Shown here one piece after another: positions 1 through 6,982 of a stretch of 20,851 nt of DNA (the stretch's first letter is position 1; each line of letters begins with the position of its first letter). A program made the translations under genes and the position numbers. Origin of the DNA: Alphaproteobacteria bacterium (GTDB lineage Bacteria; Pseudomonadota; Alphaproteobacteria; UBA828); NCBI GenBank assembly GCA_965220745.1, contig CBDCQT010000001.1, positions 1 through 20,851 on the forward strand, in the 5' to 3' direction. The notes below the pieces were generated by a model. That model was given only the letters and a program-made list of their open reading frames with translations, searched no databases and had not been told where the DNA came from.

Positions 1-31
1 TGTTCTGTCCTCGTCCCGCCCGGTCTTCCGC

Positions 32-58
32 TCACCTTAACAGCTCCACCGCCTCCAG
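32..58 (-). pseudogene. Displaced original 3' end of the PIN toxin gene at 2976-3371 (LE-AVELLR-stop)
   Basis: Minus strand 58->32 reads CTG GAG GCG GTG GAG CTG TTA AGG TGA. Removing the IS and one TSD copy gives the in-frame C-terminus ...TFDRKAARLEAVELLR*, typical of this PIN family. Confidence 0.85.
53..58. repeat. Left target-site duplication CTCCAG
   Basis: CTCCAG lies immediately before the terminal TG at 59 and again immediately after the terminal CA at 2996. Confidence 0.9.
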
Positions 59-172
59 TGCAAAATCTGGCCGCATTTGACCGCAGTTCTGGTTTTATCT
101 GACCGCGATTCTGATTTTATTTGACCGCCGTTCTGGCGACATCTGACCGTGATTCCGGCGTGATTTGACCGC
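59..172 (+). repeat. IS21 left end: five 22-bp-period transposase-binding repeats
   Basis: TGACCG cores start at 78, 100, 122, 144 and 166, exactly 22 bp apart; consensus about TTCTGGTTTTAT(T/C)TGACCGC. Confidence 0.9.
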
Positions 173-302
173 CGGAGGCCGGGTCTGAGGCCCGGCCCGA
201 TCGCCCTGCGGGCGCCATCGACATCCGTGTTTCCAGACGCGCCGATCCTCTCCCGGCTCAGCCTCATCGATCCACCGATCGACTCGAGGAGGCGGGCCCC
301 CA

Positions 303-1901
303 ATGAAGAGGATCGACACCATGAGCATCAGGGACATCCTTCGGCACCATCACGACCTGGGCTTACCCCGGGCGGAGATCGCGGTGGCCGTGAGCGTGAG
401 CGCGGGGACGGTATCGAACGTCCTGGAGCGCGCGCAGGCGGCGGGTCTGTCATGGCCGCTGCCGTCCGATCTCGACGATGACGGGCTGCGCGCGCAGCTC
501 TATCCGCCGGTGCCGCGAGAGAGCGGGTATGCGCAGCCGAACTGGGATGACGTGCTCCGCGAGCTTCGAGCCAAGCGCAAGCGGCGCCGGGTGCGCGCGA
601 CGCGCCGCACGCTTTGGGAGGAGTACCGCGACGAGGCCCAGGCCCAGGGCGGGAAGGCGTACAGCTACAGCCAGTTCTGCGCGCGCCTGAAGGCGCACCA
701 GGGCAGCTGCGGCGGCTCGGCGCAGATGCACTTCGATTACGAGCCCGGGCTGTACGGGATGGCGGACTTCTCCGGCAAGACGCTGGCGCTTCGCACCGGG
801 CGCGGCGAGACCGACGTGGAGATCTTCGTCGCGGTTCTGGCGCACTCGAACCTGGTCTACGCCGAGGCGGTCCCCGACCAGACGGTGCGCCACTGGATCA
901 TGGCGCACCGGCGCGCCCTAGAGTACTTCGGCGGCAGCCCCCGCCGGTGGGTCATCGACAACCTCAAGTCAGGCGTGGCCGATCCCGACCGCGACGATAT
1001 CCGGCTCAACCCCTCCTACCGGGAGTTCGCGCGCCACTACGAGATCGCGGTGCTGCCCGCGCGCCAGTACCGGGCCACCGACAAGGGGCTGGTCGAGAGC
1101 TGCGTCAGGGCCGTCCAGACGCGCATCCTGCTGGCGCTGCGCCACCACACCTTCTTCTCTCTCGAGGCCATGAACGCGGCCATCCGCCGCGAGCTCGACC
1201 GCCTCAACGATGCCCCCATGGCCAAGCACGGCGAGAGCCGCCGCGCGCTCTTCGAGGCGAACGAGCGGGCAGCCCTGACCGCCCTGCCGGCTCGCCCCTG
1301 GGAGTGGGGAGAGTGGGTCGAGCGCAAGGTCGGGCCGAACTGTCACATCCGCTTCGAAAAGAATCACTACTCCGCGCCGGAGCGCTACATCGGCCGCCAG
1401 GTCGACGTCCGCGCCGGCGAACGCATGGTCGAGGTGTTCCTCGAACGCGGCGGCGAGCGCATCGCCGTCCACCGCCGCAAGGCCGGGTGCAACCAGTACG
1501 CCACCACCCCCGAGCACATGCCGGAGAACCACCGGGCGGTCTGCGATATCCGCCGCCCCGACTACGGCGACATCCTGCTCGGCCGGGCGCGCCGCATCGG
1601 AGCCAACGCGCTGGCCTGGGCCGAGCGGTGCTACGCCTCGCGCGACTTCCCCGAGCAGGCCTTCGCCACCGTGCAGGGCATGATCCGCCTCGCTGACGAG
1701 CATGGCGCCGAGCGCCTCGACGCACTTTGCGCCGAGGCCCTCGACCTCAACCGCCTCGCCTCTGGCTTCCTCAGGGAGCGCATCAAGAACGGCGGCGGCG
1801 AGCCCGGTCAGCCGCGCCCCGAGCACGACGAGACCATCCCCAGCCACGGCAACATCCGCGGTGGCGACTACTACGGCAACAACGGAGGAGCGACGCCATG
1901 A
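303..1901 (+). CDS. istA: IS21-family DDE transposase IstA (532 aa)
   Basis: N-terminal HTH; YSYSQFC; DDE motifs ADFSG, VIDNLKSGV, DKGLVE; NHYSAP; C-terminal HGNIRGGDYY typical of IstA. Confidence 0.95.
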   Translation: MKRIDTMSIRDILRHHHDLGLPRAEIAVAVSVSAGTVSNVLERAQAAGLSWPLPSDLDDDGLRAQLYPPVPRESGYAQPNWDDVLRELRAKRKRRRVRATRRTLWEEYRDEAQAQGGKAYSYSQFCARLKAHQGSCGGSAQMHFDYEPGLYGMADFSGKTLALRTGRGETDVEIFVAVLAHSNLVYAEAVPDQTVRHWIMAHRRALEYFGGSPRRWVIDNLKSGVADPDRDDIRLNPSYREFARHYEIAVLPARQYRATDKGLVESCVRAVQTRILLALRHHTFFSLEAMNAAIRRELDRLNDAPMAKHGESRRALFEANERAALTALPARPWEWGEWVERKVGPNCHIRFEKNHYSAPERYIGRQVDVRAGERMVEVFLERGGERIAVHRRKAGCNQYATTPEHMPENHRAVCDIRRPDYGDILLGRARRIGANALAWAERCYASRDFPEQAFATVQGMIRLADEHGAERLDALCAEALDLNRLASGFLRERIKNGGGEPGQPRPEHDETIPSHGNIRGGDYYGNNGGATP

Positions 1902-2674
1902 CCCTGCGACAACCCAATATCGACCGCCTGCTGCAGCTCGGCCTCAGCGGCATGGCCGAGGCGCTGGAGGAGCAGCGCGACATCGCCGACGTCGACCAGC
2001 TCGGCTTCGACGACCGCCTCGCCTTGATGATCGAGCGCGAGGCCGAGCACCGCGATCACAAGAGCTATCTCGGCCATTTGCGCCAAGCCCAGTTGCGCAT
2101 CCGCGCCGACGTCCAGGACGTCGACTGCCGCGCAGGGCGTGGCATCGCCCGGACCACGCTCACCCAGCTCGCCGCCGGCGACTGGATCCGCCAGGGCCAC
2201 AATCTGATCCTGGGCGGGCCAACCGGGTCGGGAAAGACGTTCGTCGCTTGCGCGCTCGCCCACCAGGCCTGCCGCCAGCACCAGTCCGTCCTCTACCGCC
2301 GCGTGCCCGAGCTGGTCGCGGCGCTCACCCGCGCCCGCGACAAAGGCTCGTTCGACCGCCTGATGGGCCGCCTGGGCAGGGTCTCCCTGCTGGTCCTGGA
2401 TGACTGGGGGCTGCAGGGCTTCTCCGCCGAGGGCCGGCGTGACCTGCTGGAGATCGTCGAGGCGCGCCACGGACGCAAGTCCATCCTCATCGCCAGCCAG
2501 ATCCCCGTGGACGGCTGGCCGAAGGTGATCGGAGAGCCAACCATCGCGGACGCGGTCCTCGACCGCATCGTTCACAACGCCTATCGCATCGAACTCAAGG
2601 GAGAGTCCCAACGCAAGCGCAACAAGCCCCCGCCACTCGACGGCGGCGGCGACGGCAACAGAGCCCCGGCCTGA
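1898..2674 (+). CDS. istB: IS21 helper AAA+ ATPase IstB (258 aa)
   Basis: ATG at 1898 overlaps the istA stop (ATGA); Walker A GPTGSGKT; Walker B LLVLDDWG; ADAVLDRIVHNAYRIELKGESQR. Confidence 0.95.
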   Translation: MTLRQPNIDRLLQLGLSGMAEALEEQRDIADVDQLGFDDRLALMIEREAEHRDHKSYLGHLRQAQLRIRADVQDVDCRAGRGIARTTLTQLAAGDWIRQGHNLILGGPTGSGKTFVACALAHQACRQHQSVLYRRVPELVAALTRARDKGSFDRLMGRLGRVSLLVLDDWGLQGFSAEGRRDLLEIVEARHGRKSILIASQIPVDGWPKVIGEPTIADAVLDRIVHNAYRIELKGESQRKRNKPPPLDGGGDGNRAPA

Positions 2675-2905
2675 AGGCCGGGGTCCATGGGCGCCTGCGG
2701 CGCCTTCCAGGTTGCAAGGGCGGAGGTGCGCGGCGGCATGCTGTGTGTGAGAGCTTGCCGCCGCGCCCCGCAGGCCGTTTGCATGCCCAAGAGGCCTCGC
2801 ATACGCTCGGCTCGGGCTGGCCCAAGGCCAGCCCCCACATCACCAAGGGGAGGGACCACACCGCCAAATCCGGGAGAGACTGCGCGCTGGAGCGCGCCCG
2901 CAGCA

Positions 2906-2996
2906 CGGTCAAGTGTTGCCAGAACCCCGGTCAGATAAAACCAGAACCCCGGTCAAATAAAATCAGAACCGGCGGTCAAATGAACCAGAATCCGCA
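2906..2996 (-). repeat. IS21 right end: four repeats inverted relative to the left end
   Basis: CGGTCA cores at 2906, 2928, 2950 and 2973 (spacing 22, 22, 23); ends in ...GAATCCGCA at 2996. Confidence 0.9.
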
Positions 2997-3371
2997 CTCC
3001 AGCCGCGCCGCCTTCCGATCGAACGTGTAAAGAGGCAGGACCGCCGCGCGCCGCGCCGCCGCGAGCACCATCAGATCGGAAAAATCCGCCCCTCCCGACC
3101 GGTAGCGGAAGGAGGCGCAGGCCACGTCGCCGGCGGCCTCGACGACGAGGCCCTCCGTCGCCACGAGCTCTTCCAGAATGATCGCGATACGCTCCCTGGA
3201 GTAGCCGTAGGCCCGCTCCAGGACCCAGACCAGCTCCACGACGACCTCCCGGCACACGTAGGCCGGCTTCGCGGCCGTCGCCGACTGCAGCAGAGCCCGC
3301 GCCGCCTCCGCCTGCTCCGGATCGTCGCGCACGAGGTAGCGCACCAGCACGTTGGTATCGACGGCGATCAT
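2976..3371 (-). CDS. vapC: PIN-domain (VapC-family) toxin, last 6 aa replaced by IS-derived sequence (131 aa)
   Basis: MIAVDTNVLVRYL, VVVELVWVL, DFSD and TFDRKA supply the four PIN acidic residues; start overlaps the antitoxin stop (ATGA); 2976-2996 is IS end sequence. Confidence 0.9.
   Translation of the reverse strand: MIAVDTNVLVRYLVRDDPEQAEAARALLQSATAAKPAYVCREVVVELVWVLERAYGYSRERIAIILEELVATEGLVVEAAGDVACASFRYRSGGADFSDLMVLAAARRAAVLPLYTFDRKAARLECGFWFI
2997..3002. repeat. Right target-site duplication CTCCAG
   Basis: Identical to 53-58. Confidence 0.9.
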
Positions 3372-3601
3372 TCCTCACACGCTCCTTCGGCCACTGCCTG
3401 ATCCATCCGCTCGAGCGTTACGGCCTGGCCCTCGTGCTGCAGCGCGCCGAACAGCCGATGAATGGGGCGCACGGGCAGTATCCGCACCTCGCCCTCCAGG
3501 ATGACGTAGCGCACGCGATCGCCGGCGCCGACGCCCAGGCTCTCCCGAACAGGCTTCGGCAGCGTCGTCTGTCCCTTCTTCGTGACCGAAGACTCGAGCA
3601 T
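3368..3601 (-). CDS. AbrB/MazE/SpoVT-fold antitoxin (VapB-type, 77 aa)
   Basis: SSVTKKGQTTLPKPVRESLGVGAGDRVRY is the AbrB signature; ATG at 3601 has a G-rich SD (AAAGGGGG) and lies downstream of a good promoter. Confidence 0.9.
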   Translation of the reverse strand: MLESSVTKKGQTTLPKPVRESLGVGAGDRVRYVILEGEVRILPVRPIHRLFGALQHEGQAVTLERMDQAVAEGACEE

Positions 3602-3604
3602 GGC

Positions 3605-3652
3605 GATACCCCCCTTTGCCGGTATCATACGGCCCTGCCTTGCATCGTACAA
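3605..3652 (-). promoter_or_regulatory. Sigma70-type promoter and probable operator of the AbrB/PIN operon
   Basis: Minus strand TTGTAC (3652-3647), 17 nt, TATGAT (3629-3624). Inverted repeat GATACC-N10-GGTATC (3605-3626) overlaps the -10 and SD. Confidence 0.7.
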
Positions 3653-3697
3653 TTATTCCGCCCTTGTGACGTTTGGTCGTTCCCGCGCTGCCCTCTT

Positions 3698-3732
3698 GTC
3701 TCGCGAGACTGTCTCAGATACAGCACAGAGAC
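3698..3732. repeat. Cluster of GTCTC/GAGAC half-sites (probable protein-binding site)
   Basis: Perfect palindrome GTCTCGCGAGAC 3698-3709; imperfect TGTCTCAGATACA 3710-3722; GAGAC 3728-3732. Confidence 0.55.
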
Positions 3733-3754
3733 TCATCCCGACACGAATCGCGGC

Positions 3755-4141
3755 ATGACCAGACTGAGCGTCAACCAGGCGGCCCGCGCAGGCTACGCGT
3801 CCCGCGCCGTCATATACCGTAAGGTCAAGCAGGCAGAGCTCCGCAGCGAGGCCGGCCAGAAAGGCGAGGTGGTCATCGACACCGCTGAATTGACCCGCGT
3901 CTTCGGCGAGCCCGATCCGCAGCGCAAGACCTTCCCCGAACGCCTCACAGACGTCTCTGAAACAGCCCAATTGCGCGCTGAGAACGCCCTGCTCCGGGCC
4001 GAGAACGCCGACCTGCGCCTTCACCGCGACCGCCTGATGCGCCTGCTCGAGCGCGCCGCCCTATCCCCGCAACCCCGCCCGGGCGCCGGCGTGCTCTCCC
4101 GCCTGCTGCGCCGGCGCCGAGGCGCCGAGGTGACACGATGA
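3755..4141 (+). CDS. Plasmid-type HTH (excisionase/MerR-like) DNA-binding protein with C-terminal coiled coil (128 aa)
   Basis: MTRLSVNQAARAGYASRAVIYRKVKQ...IDTAELTRVFG followed by heptads LRAENALLRAENADLR; internal ATG of ORF 3434-4141. Confidence 0.75.
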   Translation: MTRLSVNQAARAGYASRAVIYRKVKQAELRSEAGQKGEVVIDTAELTRVFGEPDPQRKTFPERLTDVSETAQLRAENALLRAENADLRLHRDRLMRLLERAALSPQPRPGAGVLSRLLRRRRGAEVTR

Positions 4142-4332
4142 CGGACGACCCCATGGACCGGTCTCTCACCATCACCCTGCCCATTCCCCAGGTTTTCGCG
4201 CTCCTGGACCTGATCGGCGAGTCCCTCGCCAGCGCTCAGCCATCGTCAGCCACACCTCACAATGCCAGCGCCCTGCACTCCGCACGAGAGAACCTCGATA
4301 CCGCCATTCGGAGCCAACTCAATGACGGATGA
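4138..4332 (+). CDS. Small hypothetical protein (64 aa)
   Basis: ATGA overlap with the upstream gene, preceded by GAGGTG; overlaps the recombinase start by 11 nt. Confidence 0.55.
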   Translation: MTDDPMDRSLTITLPIPQVFALLDLIGESLASAQPSSATPHNASALHSARENLDTAIRSQLNDG

Positions 4333-5380
4333 CCCCGCCCCCCTTCCCTACAGCAACCACAACCAGCTCGCGCCCGTCGCGGACGCCGGCGACACGATTG
4401 AGCGGACCTCGGAGCCTCCGGTCCCGCTCCGCCCATCCCCGAACGCCCTTGTCCCCGCCCTCATCCACCAAGACGGCCCCGAGGCCTCCAAGCGCTACCT
4501 CGAGTTCTTCGCGGCGCAGCTCCGCAATCCCAACACGCGCGCGGCCTATGCCCGCGCCGCCGCCCGCTTCTTCGACTGGTGCCAGGACGCCGCCGGCGTC
4601 GACGCGCTCGCACGGATCGAGCCCATCCACGTCGCCGCCTGGATCGAGCGCCGCACAGCCGACGTCTCCGCCCCCACCGTCAAGCAGGAGCTCGCCGCTC
4701 TCCGCAAGCTGTTCGACTGGCTGGTCCTGCGCCAGGTCCTACCCTCCAGCCCTGCCGCCTACGTTCGAGGGCCCTCGCACAGCGTCAGGATCGGCAGCAC
4801 GCCCGTTCTTACCGTCGAACAGGCCCGCATCCTGCTCGCCAGCATTCCGGAGCACGCCCTCTCCGGCCAACGCGACCGCGCCCTGATCTCGCTGATGATC
4901 TATTCCTTCGCGCGGATCGGCGCGGCCCTCGCGCTCGACGTCGGCGACCTATTCCGCGAGCAGCACCGCCTTAACATCCGCCTGACCGAAAAAGGCGGCA
5001 AGCGTCACGTCATGCCCTGTCACCACACCCTCGATGCCCATCTGGTCTCCTACATGACGATCGCCGGCCTCGGCGCCGACGCCGGGGCTCCCCTCTTCCA
5101 GACCATGGCCCGCGATCGCCGCGCTCTCAGCGGCCGCCGCCTCAACCGGACCGAGGCCTGGTACATGGTCCGCCGGCGCGCCGCCGCCGCCGGCATCGAC
5201 ACGGCCGTGTCCTGCCACACGTTTCGCGGCACCGGCATCACCGCCTACCTGGAACACCCGGACGCCAAGCTCGAGGAAGCGCAGAAGATGGCTGCGCACA
5301 GCGATCCCAAGACCACGCGGCTCTACGACCGCCGCTCCCAGGCGGTCACGATCGACGACGTGGAGCGCATTCGCATCTAG
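4322..5380 (+). CDS. Tyrosine recombinase (plasmid resolvase/integrase type, about 352 aa)
   Basis: SAM-like N-domain (NPNTRAAYARA); catalytic R (FARIG), K (EKGGK), HxxR (HTFR), H (AAHSD) and Y (TTRLY). Start taken at ATG 4322, preceded by GGAG. Confidence 0.92.
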   Translation: MTDDPAPLPYSNHNQLAPVADAGDTIERTSEPPVPLRPSPNALVPALIHQDGPEASKRYLEFFAAQLRNPNTRAAYARAAARFFDWCQDAAGVDALARIEPIHVAAWIERRTADVSAPTVKQELAALRKLFDWLVLRQVLPSSPAAYVRGPSHSVRIGSTPVLTVEQARILLASIPEHALSGQRDRALISLMIYSFARIGAALALDVGDLFREQHRLNIRLTEKGGKRHVMPCHHTLDAHLVSYMTIAGLGADAGAPLFQTMARDRRALSGRRLNRTEAWYMVRRRAAAAGIDTAVSCHTFRGTGITAYLEHPDAKLEEAQKMAAHSDPKTTRLYDRRSQAVTIDDVERIRI

Positions 5381-5406
5381 ATTGCGGCAGACGAGGGCTG
5401 GGCTGT

Positions 5407-5435
5407 TTGACAAGGTAGCGAGCGGTCGCTACCTT
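5407..5435 (+). promoter_or_regulatory. Promoter with palindromic operator for the Phd/PIN operon
   Basis: TTGACA 5407-5412, 17 nt, TACCTT 5430-5435; perfect IR AAGGTAGCGA-GCGG-TCGCTACCTT 5412-5435. Confidence 0.8.
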
Positions 5436-5442
5436 TCTTGGC

Positions 5443-5736
5443 ATGAGGTCGGTCGGTATCAAGATACTGAACAGCAAGCTGAGCGAGTACGTCCGGCTTG
5501 CCGAATCCGGCGAGACGATCCTGGTCACCGACCGTGACAAGGTTGTGGCCGAGTTAGGTCCGCTCAGCGAGACCCGAAGCCCGATCCTCGCCGACGCCTT
5601 CCTCGCAGAAGCGGTCCGGTCGGGCGTGCTGACCCCGCCGAGTCTTACCGCCTCGGGACCGCCGCCCAAGCCCAAGCCCGTCGCCACGCTGGACGAAATC
5701 CTGGCCGATCTGGACGAGAGCCGGCGCGACCGGTGA
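5443..5736 (+). CDS. Phd/YefM-family antitoxin (97 aa)
   Basis: MRSVGIKILNSKLSEYVRLAESGETILVTDRDKVVAELGP is the Phd fold signature; directly upstream of a PIN gene. Confidence 0.88.
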   Translation: MRSVGIKILNSKLSEYVRLAESGETILVTDRDKVVAELGPLSETRSPILADAFLAEAVRSGVLTPPSLTASGPPPKPKPVATLDEILADLDESRRDR

Positions 5737-6137
5737 TCTACCTCGATTCCTCCGTCGCGCTCGCGCATCTGCTGACCGAGGACCGACAGCCGCCCGGCTC
5801 GCTCTGGGACGAGACGTTATTTTCCAGCCGGCTGCTGGAATACGAGATATGGACCCCGCTGCAGGCGCGCGGGCTCGCAGAGTCCCACGCCGAGGCCGCA
5901 CGCTGGCTGACCGGCCGCGTCGCAATGCTGGAGCTTGCTCCCTCGGTGCTGGCACGGGCGCTGGATGCCTTTCCGGGTCCCGGCGCGCTGCGGACGCTCG
6001 ATGCCCTGCATCTGGCGTCCTGTGCCTATCTGGCCGAACACGGGCAGGGGGTCGCGCTCGCGAGCTACGATCGGCGCATGAACGACGTGGCCCGCGCCAT
6101 GGATATTCCCCTCTTTGAGCTCGGGGATCGAACATGA
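5733..6137 (+). CDS. vapC: PIN-domain (VapC-family) toxin (134 aa)
   Basis: IYLDSS, LLEYE, LRTLDALHLA and SYDRRM motifs; GTGA overlap with the antitoxin. Confidence 0.9.
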   Translation: MIYLDSSVALAHLLTEDRQPPGSLWDETLFSSRLLEYEIWTPLQARGLAESHAEAARWLTGRVAMLELAPSVLARALDAFPGPGALRTLDALHLASCAYLAEHGQGVALASYDRRMNDVARAMDIPLFELGDRT

Positions 6138-6280
6138 CCATTGACCGAAAAGAATTGGACCAGCTCCGGGTTGATTTTTCCGACGTCGCTTCGGGACGGC
6201 GATTGTCCCCGGTGCATCCTGGCGCGATTCTGCTTGATGAGTTCCTGCCAGCTGGCAGATCCATGCACGAGGCCCGTTAA
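6134..6280 (+). pseudogene. higA: Truncated HigA/VapI-family antitoxin (48 codons, not in the ORF track)
   Basis: Translates as [48 protein letters not shown]. PVHPGxILxxEFL is the HigA N-terminal motif; the HTH is missing; ATGA overlap with the vapC stop. Confidence 0.75.
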
Positions 6281-6293
6281 CGACGAGGCGGTA

Positions 6294-6758
6294 GTGGCGA
6301 AGGTCGGCCGAAACCAGCCTTGCCCGTGCGGCAGCGGCAAGAAGTACAAACGCTGCTGTTGGGAGCACGACCGGACCACTCACGTCCGTACCATGCCGCC
6401 GATCCCGCCGCATCCGCACCGATTCCCAGCAGAGGCGCCCCACGGATACCACCTCGCCGAAACCGAGCTCGACCGGCTCTCCAACAGCGTCGTCGCCCTC
6501 GTGAACGAAGGCCGTCTCGACGAAGCCGACGCGGTCTGCGAGCGGCTCAGAACCGAGTATCCCGAGGTCTGCGACTGGCTCATGCGCAAGGCCATGATCT
6601 GCGAAGCACGCGGTCAAGCCGAGCTCGCGATCGAATACTGCGAGCGCACTATCGCCTGGATGGATGCGCACCCGGAGAATTTCGAGCCGGAAAGCCGCCA
6701 GCCCTTCTACGACGACATCGAGCGTCTACGAGCCTCGGCCACCACGCCGCGCCGATAG
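6294..6758 (+). CDS. SEC-C motif (Zn-binding) protein with TPR-like helices (154 aa)
   Basis: [20 protein letters not shown] at the N-terminus; GTG 6294 preceded by GAGG; helical repeat [13 protein letters not shown]...[14 protein letters not shown]. Confidence 0.8.
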   Translation: MAKVGRNQPCPCGSGKKYKRCCWEHDRTTHVRTMPPIPPHPHRFPAEAPHGYHLAETELDRLSNSVVALVNEGRLDEADAVCERLRTEYPEVCDWLMRKAMICEARGQAELAIEYCERTIAWMDAHPENFEPESRQPFYDDIERLRASATTPRR

Positions 6759-6920
6759 CCTGCCTGACTACCGACACCGGGTGCCAGTCCCCTTCCCATC
6801 CAACCGGCCCCCAGCACCGCAAACCGGATCGACCGCGCCAACCCACACCTTATAACCCTTCCATGTCAATTCCCGGCACGGTCCTATTCACCGCCCATCC
6901 TTTGCTGTCCATTGATACGC

Positions 6921-6949
6921 TTGCATGTCATCGCACACGACAATAGACT
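6921..6949 (+). promoter_or_regulatory. Putative parA promoter
   Basis: TTGCAT 6921-6926, 17 nt, TAGACT 6944-6949; AGGAG at 6965-6969 before ATG 6983. Confidence 0.55.
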
Positions 6950-6982
6950 CGGCAGAGAAGCCTCAGGAGCCGTAAACACAGC

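Larger units (their letters stand above)
59..2996 (+). mobile_element. Complete IS21-family insertion sequence (2,938 bp)
   Basis: TG...CA ends; imperfect terminal IRs (TGCAAAATCTGGCCGCATTTGACCGC versus rc of the right end TGCGGATTCTGGTTCATTTGACCGC); multiple subterminal repeats; istA-istB pair; 6-bp TSD. Confidence 0.95.

Noticed and set aside
59-172. Regular 22-bp repeats resembling a CRISPR array or plasmid iterons
   Set aside because: No unique spacers and no cas or rep gene; the repeats are mirrored at 2906-2996 and bounded by TG/CA and a TSD, so they are IS21 ends.
1727-1897. N-terminal extension of IstB in the ORF track
   Set aside because: Overlaps istA, is Arg/Pro-rich off-frame sequence, and ATG 1898 gives the usual ATGA coupling. 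No slippery A-run suggesting an IstAB frameshift fusion was seen.
3434-3754. Upstream extensions of ORFs 3434-4141 and 3368-3652
   Set aside because: They overlap the antitoxin gene or its promoter; the recognisable domains start at 3755 and 3601.
6141-6293. TTG-start N-terminal extension of the SEC-C protein
   Set aside because: Another frame encodes a clear HigA fragment here, and GTG 6294 has an SD and begins right at the SEC-C motif.
4322-6758. Integron (integrase plus cassette array)
   Set aside because: The recombinase lacks an evident IntI-specific insertion, downstream genes are co-oriented with it, and no attC-like RYYYAAC...GTTRRRY sites were recognised.
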